Source: an uncultured Bacteroidales bacterium (lineage in GTDB: Bacteria; Bacteroidota; Bacteroidia; Bacteroidales; JAGOPY01). Taken from it: a stretch of DNA of 64,000 nucleotides. The notes beneath the pieces are model-generated. The model saw only the letters and a program-made list of their open reading frames with translations. It did no database searches and was not told the DNA's origin. The DNA lies in NCBI GenBank assembly GCA_964371595.1, contig CAYJNJ010000003.1:21094-85093 (forward strand). Reading direction: 5' to 3'. The translations under genes and the position numbers were made by a program. Below are positions 20,039 through 29,301 of this stretch, piece after piece. The stretch's first letter is position 1. Every line of letters begins with the position of its first letter.

Positions 20039-22897
20039 TTATTTGCTTTCTAATTTTTTCACTGCGGATATTGAACTTGATTTGATTGGCACACCGGTCT
20101 TCTCGAGCTGTTTTTCGAAGGTTTTCCAGCGGTTCCCGATGCATATCATGCGGCATTCTTCGGCCACTTTCGGACAATCGCAACTGCTGAAGGTCTTTTC
20201 AATGATCTTGCGCTGCCTGATCTCGTGAAACTGCGGTGAGCCGGTAGCGGGGCTCCCGCTGGCAGGCCGGGCGATCAGCCGCAGGCTAAACTCCTGCATC
20301 TGATTTTGTATAAACGTCCAGGAACCCATGTTGGCCGGTTCCTCCTGTGTCCAGAGGAGGTCAGCGGCTTTCGGGTATTTTGCCATCAGCTTCCTTACCT
20401 GGTTCAGGGGGAAAGGATGTAATTGCTCGATACGCACAATCGCCGTGTTGTCTGCATGGATCTTCTCTTTCTCTTCGAGGAGGTCATAATAAACTTTGCC
20501 TGTGCAGAATACGACTTTTTCAATTTTTTTGGGATCGGCTGCCTCATCGTCGATCACTTCACGGAAGCCCCCGGTGGATAACTCTTTCAGTGGCGAAACA
20601 CAGCGCGGGTGGCGGAGCAGGCTTTTCGGGGTGAATACGATCAGCGGCTTCCTGAAATCACGGTGAAGCTGCCGGCGGAGAAGGTGGAAGAAATTGGCCG
20701 GTGTGGTCACATTGGCTATCTGCATATTGTATTCCGCGCTGAGGATGAGAAACCGTTCAATCCGGGCGCTGGAGTGCTCCGGCCCCTGGCCTTCATAGCC
20801 ATGGGGAAGCAGGACTACCAGGTGGTTCATCACATTCCACTTGTCTTCGGCACTGCAGATGAACTGGTCGAAAATGACCTGTGTCGTATTGGCAAAATCA
20901 CCGAACTGGGCCTCCCAGATGGTCAGCGTATCCGGTGTAGCCAGTGCATAGCCGTAATCAAACCCTAATACTCCGTATTCCGAAAGGGGGGAGTTATAGA
21001 TCTCGAATCGCGCCTGCTTATCGCTGATATGGCTTAGAGGGTAGAATTCTTTTTCGGAATCCTCGATCTTCAGCACAGCATGGCGATGGGAAAAGGTCCC
21101 GCGGATCGAGTCCTGGCCACTGATGCGGACAGGAAAGCCTTCTTCGAGCAAGGTGCCGTATGCCAGCAATTCACCCATGGCCCAGTCGACCACACCGGTC
21201 TTTTCGATCATCTCCAGGCGGGTTTCCTGCAATTTTACCAGTTTGCGGAAATAATTCTCGCCCTCCGGAACATGGGCTATTTTCCGGCCGATGGCCTTCA
21301 GCTTTTTAAGTTCAACTCCGGTGATCGGCGAGGTCTCAAAATCTTCTGGTTTTGCTTTGCGGATGTGTTCCCATGTACTGCTCAAAAACGAACTGATATG
21401 GGCCTTTTCGATCTTTTGCGATTCTTCAAGGCCCAGTTCAAGCGTATCCTGAACTTTGGTATCACGCATATCAAAGAAGGAGGCATCCAGCAAACCTTTT
21501 TCCAGCAGTTGCTTCCGGTAGATCTCCATCGGGGAGGGGTGCTGTTCGATGATACTGTATAGGATTGGCTGAGTGAACCGTGGCTCGTCGCCTTCATTGT
21601 GGCCGTATTTACGGTAACAAAGTATGTCGATGAATACATCGCGCTGGAATTTGGCCCTGAACTCCATAGCCAGCTGGACGGCAGCCACGATAGCCTCGGC
21701 ATCATCTCCATTCACATGAAAAACGGGTGACTGGACCACTTTGGCCACATCAGTGCAATAGGTGCTGGAACGGGCATCCAGGTAATTGGTCGTAAAGCCG
21801 AGCTGGTTATTGACGACAAGGTGGATAGTCCCGCCGGTCTTGTAACCCGGAAGTTGCGACATCTGCATCACTTCATAGACCACGCCCTGCCCGGCGATCG
21901 ATGCGTCGCCGTGGATCAGGATGGCGGCGATCCGGTTGAAATCACCTTTATAATCTTTATCGGCATGGGCCCTGACGATGCCTTCCACTACAGGCCCGAC
22001 AGCTTCGAGATGAGAAGGGTTCGGGGCCAGTGTCAGTTTCATCTTTTTCCCGGTGGTAGTCGACCTTTCCACGGTATAGCCGAGGTGGTATTTCACATCA
22101 CCCAGGAGGGTTTCATCATCATATTTCATACCCCTGAACTCGCTGAAGATCTCTTTGTAAGGCTTTTTCAGAATGTTGGCCAGCACATTCAGCCTTCCGC
22201 GGTGCGGCATGCCGATCACAAATTCTTCGGTGCCAAGCAGGGCGCCCTTTTCCATTATAGCGTCCAAAGCCGGAATCAATGCTTCCGCTCCCTCAAGGGA
22301 AAATCTTTTTTGGCCTGGAAATTTTTTGTGGATGAATTTCTCAAAGAGGACTGCCCTGGCCAGGTCGCGGTAGATATATTTCCGGTCGTCAAGGGTGAAC
22401 GGATAGGTATTTTTCGACTGTTCCATCCTGTTCTGCAGCCAGTAGCGGATTTCAGGGTTCCGGACATAGAAAAATTCGGCGCCGATCGACTGGCAATAGG
22501 TTTGCTGGAGATGGCCGACTATTTCTTTAAGGCTTGCTTTGCCAATGCCGATCTCATGCCCGGCTTCAAAAGTCCGTGACAGGTCATCAGCCGATAATCC
22601 GAAATTTTCAAGGTCAAGGGTGGGAGAGTACTTCCTGCGTGTCCTGACAGGGTTTGTGGGGGTGAAAAGGTGGCCACGCTGCCGGTAAGCATTAATGAGG
22701 TTTATCACCTTGAATTCGGAAGGATAAACGGTACTTTCGGCTTTTTTTGCAGGTGGATAATTCTTGCGGGCAAACTCGAACCCTTCAAAGAACTGTCTCC
22801 AGCCCTCATCCACCGAATCCGGGTTTTCCAGGAACATTTTATATTGTGATTCCACCACTGCAGGATCCGCAGCATGGAGATATGAAAACCTGTCCAT
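20039..22897 (-). CDS. sucA: 2-oxoglutarate dehydrogenase E1 component
   Basis: 952 aa with [25 protein letters not shown] and [22 protein letters not shown]. Confidence 0.9.
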   Translation of the reverse strand: MDRFSYLHAADPAVVESQYKMFLENPDSVDEGWRQFFEGFEFARKNYPPAKKAESTVYPSEFKVINLINAYRQRGHLFTPTNPVRTRRKYSPTLDLENFGLSADDLSRTFEAGHEIGIGKASLKEIVGHLQQTYCQSIGAEFFYVRNPEIRYWLQNRMEQSKNTYPFTLDDRKYIYRDLARAVLFEKFIHKKFPGQKRFSLEGAEALIPALDAIMEKGALLGTEEFVIGMPHRGRLNVLANILKKPYKEIFSEFRGMKYDDETLLGDVKYHLGYTVERSTTTGKKMKLTLAPNPSHLEAVGPVVEGIVRAHADKDYKGDFNRIAAILIHGDASIAGQGVVYEVMQMSQLPGYKTGGTIHLVVNNQLGFTTNYLDARSSTYCTDVAKVVQSPVFHVNGDDAEAIVAAVQLAMEFRAKFQRDVFIDILCYRKYGHNEGDEPRFTQPILYSIIEQHPSPMEIYRKQLLEKGLLDASFFDMRDTKVQDTLELGLEESQKIEKAHISSFLSSTWEHIRKAKPEDFETSPITGVELKKLKAIGRKIAHVPEGENYFRKLVKLQETRLEMIEKTGVVDWAMGELLAYGTLLEEGFPVRISGQDSIRGTFSHRHAVLKIEDSEKEFYPLSHISDKQARFEIYNSPLSEYGVLGFDYGYALATPDTLTIWEAQFGDFANTTQVIFDQFICSAEDKWNVMNHLVVLLPHGYEGQGPEHSSARIERFLILSAEYNMQIANVTTPANFFHLLRRQLHRDFRKPLIVFTPKSLLRHPRCVSPLKELSTGGFREVIDDEAADPKKIEKVVFCTGKVYYDLLEEKEKIHADNTAIVRIEQLHPFPLNQVRKLMAKYPKAADLLWTQEEPANMGSWTFIQNQMQEFSLRLIARPASGSPATGSPQFHEIRQRKIIEKTFSSCDCPKVAEECRMICIGNRWKTFEKQLEKTGVPIKSSSISAVKKLESK

Positions 22898-22956
22898 AAA
22901 TAGCTATTAATAAGACGATGCTGCAAAGATACACTGATTCTTTAACTCGTCGGAGT

Positions 22957-22996
22957 ACAAAAAAAGAGAGTGCCCCGATTTTAGGGACACCCTCTT
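22957..22996 (-). terminator. Rho-independent terminator downstream of the ferredoxin gene
   Basis: AGAGAGTGCCCC / GGGACACCCTCT stem (two mismatches), with a T-run on the minus strand. Confidence 0.55.
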
Positions 22997-23016
22997 TTTC
23001 TTAAATGTTCAGAAGT

Positions 23017-23184
23017 TTATGCCGGTTCAATTGCATCAACCGGGCAGACGTCTGCACAGGAACCACAGTCGGTGCAGATATCAGGATCAATCACATAGAT
23101 ATCACCTTCAGAAATTGCTTCAACCGGGCACTCGTCGATGCAGGTGCCGCAAGCCGTACAGTCATCAGTTATTTTGTAAGCCAT
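23017..23184 (-). CDS. 2x[4Fe-4S] ferredoxin (55 aa; absent from the supplied ORF track)
   Basis: My minus-strand translation is MAYKITDDCTACGTCIDECPVEAISEGDIYVIDPDICTDCGSCADVCPVDAIEPA. It has two CxxCxxCxxxCP motifs. Confidence 0.8.
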   Translation of the reverse strand: MAYKITDDCTACGTCIDECPVEAISEGDIYVIDPDICTDCGSCADVCPVDAIEPA

Positions 23185-23353
23185 TTTGTTGTGTTTTAAA
23201 AAGTTTGTTTATCAATGCACTATGCAAATGTAGTTTTTTCATATATAAACAATAAATTTTATGGAGGAAAAATTAAATTTATAGTAAATCTAAATAATTT
23301 CAGACCTCACCCCCTGGCCTCCTCTCGGATCGTTAACCTCATCCGCTAAGAGG

Positions 23354-23495
23354 ATGTCTCAAAATGCTTCTTTTTACCACAAAGTCGCACAAAGTACGTC
23401 ACTAAGTCGCACAAAGTATTTGATTACCAGATCAGAACCTTAGTGCGCCTTCGTGAATTCCTTCGTGCTCCTTTGTGGTTAAGAACTGTTGAGAC
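23354..23495. repeat. Long imperfect hairpin of the CCACAAAG...CTTTGTGG repeat family
   Basis: Left arm is TGTCTCAAAATGCTTCTTTTTACCACAAAG. The right arm, reverse-complemented, is TGTCTCAACAGTTCTTAACCACAAAG. CACAAAG/CACTAAG words are shared with the 1265/2123 repeats. Confidence 0.65.
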
Positions 23496-23603
23496 AGCCT
23501 CGATCTGGATGCCTATAATCCTGTGGGGATTTAATTTGAATAGAATTAATTATCTTAGCCAACCAGATGATTTAGCTTCATAATTCACCAAACCATTCAT
23601 CTC

Positions 23604-24836
23604 ATGCCGAAATTATTTCGATTATTTGTGAAAATATTACCCAGGTTGTTTGTCATTTCACTTTCTGTCATCCCAATCTCCATCTTTTCTCAAACCCTTG
23701 ATGTTCCCGGCTACATCATTACCCTTGAAAACGATACCATTTATGGATATTTTAACAACCGGAGTGAAGCACGGAATTTCAAGCGCTGTGAATTCAGCAC
23801 AAATCTTAAAGGTGATCCGGTTGTATATAACCCGGGTGCAATTGTCGGTTATAGGATAAACGACAGCAAATATTATATCTCCAAAGTTCTTTACAATTCA
23901 GATACCCTGTTTGTCGAATACCTGGTAAACGGGGTGACTGATCTATATTATTACAAAGACTTTGAAGGGCCTCATTACCTGGTCGAAAACGATGAAAAAG
24001 TTCTGGAACTGACGAATTACGGTGATGTTTTTTATGAAAAAGATGATAAAAAGAAAAGGGTATCTAAGGATCAACGTACCGGCATGCTGAACTATTACTT
24101 TTCCGATTGTATTCAGATTCAGCCTGAAATAGAAGACATGAATTTAAGCCATAAATCGCTGATCAGGCTTACAAAAGATTATCATCAATACACTTGCAGG
24201 GATGGGGAGGAGTGTATTGTTTATGAAAAACCATTGCCTGCGATCAGGTTAGGCCTTGCACCAGTTATTGGATTTTTTTCATCTTCTTATAACGTTAAAG
24301 ATGATCCGTACCTCGATGAGTTTGTTTTTAATAATGATCAATACCCTGTATTTGGGTTATCTATCAGCCTTAATCCGCAACGGTTCAGTGATAATTTCTT
24401 CGTTCACCTGGAAGCAATTTTAGGGCATTTCTCAACTGTTGGAAAAGATGATTTCACTTACTATTATAAAACCGAATATCACACGGTTTACCTGGATTAC
24501 GATTTTCTGAAAATGATGTTACCGGTCAGCTACAGCATTCCGACGGGCAGGTTAAGACCGGATTTCGTTGTTGGAGGTGGAATGATACGGACCTTTAATC
24601 CTGATGTCAATCGAACTATCGAAGTAGTTGGTGAATCAAGTTATGAAATAGAGCATGAAATGCCACGTATCAATAAATGGTATGCCAGTATATTTGCGCG
24701 AATTGGTGCGAGTTATCATTTCAATAAAAGGAATTACCTGTTCCTCAATGCTGGTTGTGAAATCTCTTCCGGCATGAGCCTGGAATATGCAACATATATG
24801 AATTCGTTCAGCATCCATTCGGGCTTTTACTTTTAA
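23604..24836 (+). CDS. Hypothetical secreted / outer-membrane protein
   Basis: N-terminal hydrophobic signal-like segment, beta-rich C-terminal half ending SGFYF. No family recognised. Confidence 0.3.
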   Translation: MPKLFRLFVKILPRLFVISLSVIPISIFSQTLDVPGYIITLENDTIYGYFNNRSEARNFKRCEFSTNLKGDPVVYNPGAIVGYRINDSKYYISKVLYNSDTLFVEYLVNGVTDLYYYKDFEGPHYLVENDEKVLELTNYGDVFYEKDDKKKRVSKDQRTGMLNYYFSDCIQIQPEIEDMNLSHKSLIRLTKDYHQYTCRDGEECIVYEKPLPAIRLGLAPVIGFFSSSYNVKDDPYLDEFVFNNDQYPVFGLSISLNPQRFSDNFFVHLEAILGHFSTVGKDDFTYYYKTEYHTVYLDYDFLKMMLPVSYSIPTGRLRPDFVVGGGMIRTFNPDVNRTIEVVGESSYEIEHEMPRINKWYASIFARIGASYHFNKRNYLFLNAGCEISSGMSLEYATYMNSFSIHSGFYF

Positions 24837-24942
24837 AAACCGAATATCGAATATCGTCTGATCGCTCTTTCGCCCGATTATTTAGACTGTTTCTTTTTAT
24901 CATTTTTATGGGATTTATACTGTCCGGCTTAGGTAAAACTCG

Positions 24943-24950
24943 TAATTTTG
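24943..24950 (+). promoter_or_regulatory. -7 box TAATTTTG upstream of korA
   Basis: Matches TAnnTTTG, 21 nt before ATG 24971. Confidence 0.4.
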
Positions 24951-24970
24951 CCCGTTAAACTCAGAAGCTA

Positions 24971-26821
24971 ATGGAGAATAAGAATCATAAGATCATTGAG
25001 CTGGAACACGTTGTGGTGAAGCTTGCCGGTGATTCCGGCGACGGGATGCAGCTCAGTGGTTCACAATTTTCAGACACTACAGCTATTGAAGGTCATGACC
25101 TGGCTACTTTTCCTGATTATCCTGCCGAGATCAGGGCTCCGCAAGGAACTGTTGCAGGCGTTTCAGGTTTTCAACTGCATTTTGGCCACATCAATATAGA
25201 AACCCCTGGTGACCTTGCCGATGTGCTTATCGCCCTCAATCCGGCTGCCCTCAAAGTAAATATGAAGTGGGTCAAGCCGGGTGCAACAATAATTGTTGAT
25301 GTTGATAGCTTTGAGCCAAAAGATATTGAGAAAGCCGGCTATGAAAATAACCCTCTCGAGGACAAGACCCTTGACGGGCATAAAGTAATCAAAGCTCCAA
25401 TTACCAGCCTGACCCGGACCACATGCCTTGAACTGGGAATTGATGCTAAATCAGCCGACAGGGCTAAAAACCAGTTTGCCCTCGGGATGCTTTATTATAT
25501 GTTCCATAAGGATATAGACCTGGCTACAAAATTCCTGGACCAGAAATTTGCGAAAAAAGAAATAGTTGCTGCTACCAATAAGGCAGTGCTTGAGGCAGGT
25601 TACCATTTCGCTGAAAATCTGCAGGAATTTGATATCACCTATAGGATCAAGCCCAGCGATGATATGAAAGGCCGATACCGCAGCATCAACGGAAATACTG
25701 CCGCTGCCTGGGGACTGATGGCCGCTGCTGAGAAATCCGGTCTTGAGCTTTTCCTTGGTTCCTACCCGATTACTCCTGCAACGGAAATTCTCCAGGAACT
25801 GGCCCATCAAAAACAACTCGGTGTAAAAACCCTGCAGGCGGAGGATGAGATAGCAGGTATCAATAGCGCTATTGGCGCTGCCTTTGCAGGTAAGCTTGCT
25901 GCTACATCAACTTCAGGCCCTGGACTGGCCCTGAAAAGTGAAGCAATTGGCCTGGCAGTGATCACAGAACTGCCGCTTGTAATCATTGATGTACAACGTG
26001 GAGGTCCTTCAACTGGTTTACCTACCAAGCCGGAGCAATCAGACCTGATGCAGGCGATCTTCGGCAGAAATGGTGAAAGCCCTGTTGTCGTTATGGCAGC
26101 AAGCACCCCGGCAAATTGCTTCGACTATGCTTTCATGGCTGCGAAAATCGCCGTGGAGCACATGGTGCCAGTTATCCTGCTTACCGATGGCTACCTGGCC
26201 AACGGTTCGGAATTGTGGAAAGTAGTGAAGATGGCAGACCTGCCGAAGATCACACCGCGACTTGTTAAAGATAACGATCCTGATTACAGGCCTTACCTGC
26301 GTGATCCCGAAACGCTGGCCCGTTCCTGGGCGGTCCCTGGCCAGGAAGGGCTCAGGCACCGCATCGGAGGCCTTGAAAAAGAAGACGTGACCGGGACCGT
26401 ATCGCATGACCCGATGAACCACCAGAAAATGGTCGGCCAGCGGCAGGAAAAAGTTTACAGGGTCGCTAATGCAGTCCCGGAACTCGAAGTATATGGCGAG
26501 AAAACAGGTGATGTGCTGGTCGTTGGCTGGGGAGGGACATACGGGCATCTTATTTCTGCCGTTAAAGACCTCCAAACGGAAGGCCACAGCATCAGCCTTG
26601 CCCATTTCCATTATATCTACCCGCTGCCGAAAAACACGGAAGATGTCCTGAAAGGTTTTAAAAAGATTGTTGTCTGCGAATTGAATAACGGCCAGTTCAT
26701 TTACTGGTTACGCTCGATTTTCCCGCAGTTCCAATATCTCACCTATCATAAAGTACAGGGATTGCCTTTCCTGATCAATGAGCTGAAAAATAAATTTACT
26801 GAAATTCTGAAAGAACACTGA
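24971..26821 (+). CDS. korA: 2-oxoglutarate (2-oxoacid):ferredoxin oxidoreductase, alpha subunit
   Basis: 616 aa. Gamma-like N-terminal domain (AGDSGDGMQLSG) fused to an alpha domain (GSYPITPATEI). Paired with a TPP-binding beta subunit. Confidence 0.8.
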   Translation: MENKNHKIIELEHVVVKLAGDSGDGMQLSGSQFSDTTAIEGHDLATFPDYPAEIRAPQGTVAGVSGFQLHFGHINIETPGDLADVLIALNPAALKVNMKWVKPGATIIVDVDSFEPKDIEKAGYENNPLEDKTLDGHKVIKAPITSLTRTTCLELGIDAKSADRAKNQFALGMLYYMFHKDIDLATKFLDQKFAKKEIVAATNKAVLEAGYHFAENLQEFDITYRIKPSDDMKGRYRSINGNTAAAWGLMAAAEKSGLELFLGSYPITPATEILQELAHQKQLGVKTLQAEDEIAGINSAIGAAFAGKLAATSTSGPGLALKSEAIGLAVITELPLVIIDVQRGGPSTGLPTKPEQSDLMQAIFGRNGESPVVVMAASTPANCFDYAFMAAKIAVEHMVPVILLTDGYLANGSELWKVVKMADLPKITPRLVKDNDPDYRPYLRDPETLARSWAVPGQEGLRHRIGGLEKEDVTGTVSHDPMNHQKMVGQRQEKVYRVANAVPELEVYGEKTGDVLVVGWGGTYGHLISAVKDLQTEGHSISLAHFHYIYPLPKNTEDVLKGFKKIVVCELNNGQFIYWLRSIFPQFQYLTYHKVQGLPFLINELKNKFTEILKEH

Positions 26822-26822
26822 T

Positions 26823-27857
26823 ATGACGACAGGAGATTCAAGCCAGGTAATGAACGTGATCACAAGGGAAGACCTTAAATCCCCGGGACCGGTTAAATGG
26901 TGTGCGGGATGCGGCGATTATGCCATACTCGCTTCAGTAAATTCGGTCCTTGTCGAATTAGGCGGAAGAAAAGAAGACATTGTATTCGTCTCAGGGATCG
27001 GGTGTTCATCCCGCTTTCCTTATTACATCAATACCTACGGATTCCATAGCCTACACGGAAGAGGGGCCGCGATTGCCTCAGGCGTGAAGATTGCCAACCC
27101 CAAACTCCAGGTCTGGCATATCACCGGCGACGGTGACAGCATGGCCATCGGGGGAAACCACTTTATCCATACGATCCGGAGAAATATCGACATGAATATC
27201 GTGATCTTCAATAATAAGATCTATGGACTTACCAAGGGCCAGTATTCACCCACCTCACCAAGGGGGCTGGTCACAAAGACCTCGCCTGAAGGGGTAATAG
27301 AGAGCCCGTTCACACCGGGAGAGCTCGTGATGGGCTCACAGGGTACTTTCTTTGCCAGGGCGGTGGATACCGAGCCTAAAATGATGAAGGATGTGCTGAA
27401 AGCGGCTGCATTGCACAAAGGTACTTCCGTCGTAGAAATCCTTCAAAACTGCGTCATTTTCAATAATCATATCCACAACCAGATCACTAACAAGGAAACC
27501 AGGGATGATAATATTATCTACCTGGAGGCCGATCAGCCGATGATCTTCGGAAAGGACCGCGATAAAGGCCTGATGATGAAGAATAACAGGCTTCGCGTAG
27601 TTAAGCTTGGGGAGAACGGGATTACCGAAGATGACCTGCTTCGCCACGATCCGACCAATCCGGACGATATGACCCATTACACCCTTGTGAGAATGGGCTT
27701 GCCCGAATTCCCCGTAGCAATGGGTGTTATACGTTCATGCGATTGCAATGAGCCATATGACGAGCTGTATGAGAAGCAACTGGAAGCAGCCAAGGCCAAG
27801 AGCAGTATTAAATGCATGGATGACCTGATGAATTCCGGGAATGTGCTGGACTTGTAA
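26823..27857 (+). CDS. korB: 2-oxoglutarate (2-oxoacid):ferredoxin oxidoreductase, beta subunit
   Basis: WCAGCGDY and the TPP motif GDGDSMAIGGNH. Starts 2 nt after the korA stop. Confidence 0.8.
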   Translation: MTTGDSSQVMNVITREDLKSPGPVKWCAGCGDYAILASVNSVLVELGGRKEDIVFVSGIGCSSRFPYYINTYGFHSLHGRGAAIASGVKIANPKLQVWHITGDGDSMAIGGNHFIHTIRRNIDMNIVIFNNKIYGLTKGQYSPTSPRGLVTKTSPEGVIESPFTPGELVMGSQGTFFARAVDTEPKMMKDVLKAAALHKGTSVVEILQNCVIFNNHIHNQITNKETRDDNIIYLEADQPMIFGKDRDKGLMMKNNRLRVVKLGENGITEDDLLRHDPTNPDDMTHYTLVRMGLPEFPVAMGVIRSCDCNEPYDELYEKQLEAAKAKSSIKCMDDLMNSGNVLDL

Positions 27858-27879
27858 AAGCATTTGGTAACTTTGCCCC

Positions 27880-29214
27880 ATGCCCGGGGAATTCATTAAA
27901 TTTCTGGAAGATAATAAGCTGGCGGAAAAAACCAGCTGTGTGCTCCTTGCCGTCAGCGGGGGCATTGATTCTGTGGTAATGGCTGATTTGTTTCACAAGG
28001 CCGGCTATCATTTCGGCATTGCCCATGCTAATTTTCAACTGAGGGGCGAAGAATCAGGCAGGGACGAGCAGTTCATCAGAGAGCTGGCTGAAAAATACCG
28101 GGTGGAATTTTTTACCCGGGATTTCGATACGATAAAATATTCCCGGAAAAATAAGGTTTCTATCCAGGTTGCGGCAAGGGAACTCAGGTACGCCTGGTTT
28201 GAAGAGTTGTTGTTAAAGCACGGATACGACCGCCTTGCCACTGCTCATCACCTTGATGACCAGGTGGAGACATTCCTGATCAATATGACAAGGGGCACGG
28301 GCATTGCAGGCCTGCACGGTATTCCGGTCAGGCAGGGAAAGATCATCCGGCCAATGCTTTTCACCTCCAGGAAAGAGATTGAGGCCTATGCAATTGAAAA
28401 TGCGGTTGAATTTGTTGAAGATTCATCCAACCGTTCTGACAAGTACACCCGGAACCGGATCAGGCACAATGTCATACCGGAATTGGAAAAGATAAACCCT
28501 GCTTTCAGGCAGGCGCTTACGGAAACTATAAAGCATATCCGGGATGCCGAAACGGTATACAGAAATGCGATAGAAGAGAAACGATATTCGATATTCGAGG
28601 TGAGGGGTGATGTTGTTTCTGTTCCGGTCAGCAAATTCTACAGCCTTGAGCCTCTTGAAACCTGGGCCTATGAATTATTATCACCATTTGGGTTTAATCT
28701 TTCGAATGTGAATGATATAATCAGTCTGGAGGGCGCAATCCCGGGCAAGGAAGTTTTATCGGCAACCCATCGGCTGGTAAGGGATAGGGAGCATTTACTC
28801 ATCATCCCGGTGCAAAATCCTGGAGACGAAAAGAAGTATTCCATTTCCGCTTCTGACCTTCATCATGAATTACTGTCTCCTATCCATCTTACCTTCGAAA
28901 TTCTTGAAGAAACTCCTGAAAAATATGATGATCCTGCTATTTCAGCATACCTTGACCTGGAAAAGCTGGAATTCCCGCTGACATTACGAAAGTGGGGGAG
29001 AGGTGACTTTTTCTTCCCCTTAGGAATGGCAAAACCGAAGAAAATCAGCGATTTTTTTATCGACCTGAAATATTCAAAGTTTGATAAAGAAAATCAATGG
29101 CTCCTGTGCAGCGGTAATGATATCGTTTGGATTACCGGGAAGAGGATTGATGACAGGTTTAAGATTAATAAAGCAAGCAACAGGATTTTGAAAATCACTT
29201 TAATGCCTTGTTAA
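27880..29214 (+). CDS. tilS: tRNA(Ile)-lysidine synthetase
   Basis: PP-loop LLAVSGGIDSVVM, HHLDDQVET and the family-typical C-terminal domain. TAACTTTG sits at 27868-27875, just upstream. Confidence 0.85.
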   Translation: MPGEFIKFLEDNKLAEKTSCVLLAVSGGIDSVVMADLFHKAGYHFGIAHANFQLRGEESGRDEQFIRELAEKYRVEFFTRDFDTIKYSRKNKVSIQVAARELRYAWFEELLLKHGYDRLATAHHLDDQVETFLINMTRGTGIAGLHGIPVRQGKIIRPMLFTSRKEIEAYAIENAVEFVEDSSNRSDKYTRNRIRHNVIPELEKINPAFRQALTETIKHIRDAETVYRNAIEEKRYSIFEVRGDVVSVPVSKFYSLEPLETWAYELLSPFGFNLSNVNDIISLEGAIPGKEVLSATHRLVRDREHLLIIPVQNPGDEKKYSISASDLHHELLSPIHLTFEILEETPEKYDDPAISAYLDLEKLEFPLTLRKWGRGDFFFPLGMAKPKKISDFFIDLKYSKFDKENQWLLCSGNDIVWITGKRIDDRFKINKASNRILKITLMPC

Positions 29215-29263
29215 AATATGTTATAAATTAGACTTAGCCAACCCTTCACAACTCCTTATTTTA

Positions 29264-29271
29264 TACTTTTG
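29264..29271 (+). promoter_or_regulatory. -7 box TACTTTTG upstream of the dsbD-like gene
   Basis: Matches TAnnTTTG, 31 nt before ATG 29302. Confidence 0.4.
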
Positions 29272-29301
29272 TGGCCCTGTGAGAACGAATAATTTTTAGC
29301 A

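Noticed and set aside
23005-23255. Two overlapping plus-strand ORFs of 64 and 78 aa.
   Set aside because: The minus strand encodes a textbook 2x[4Fe-4S] ferredoxin across the same bases. The plus-strand ORFs are its antisense shadows.
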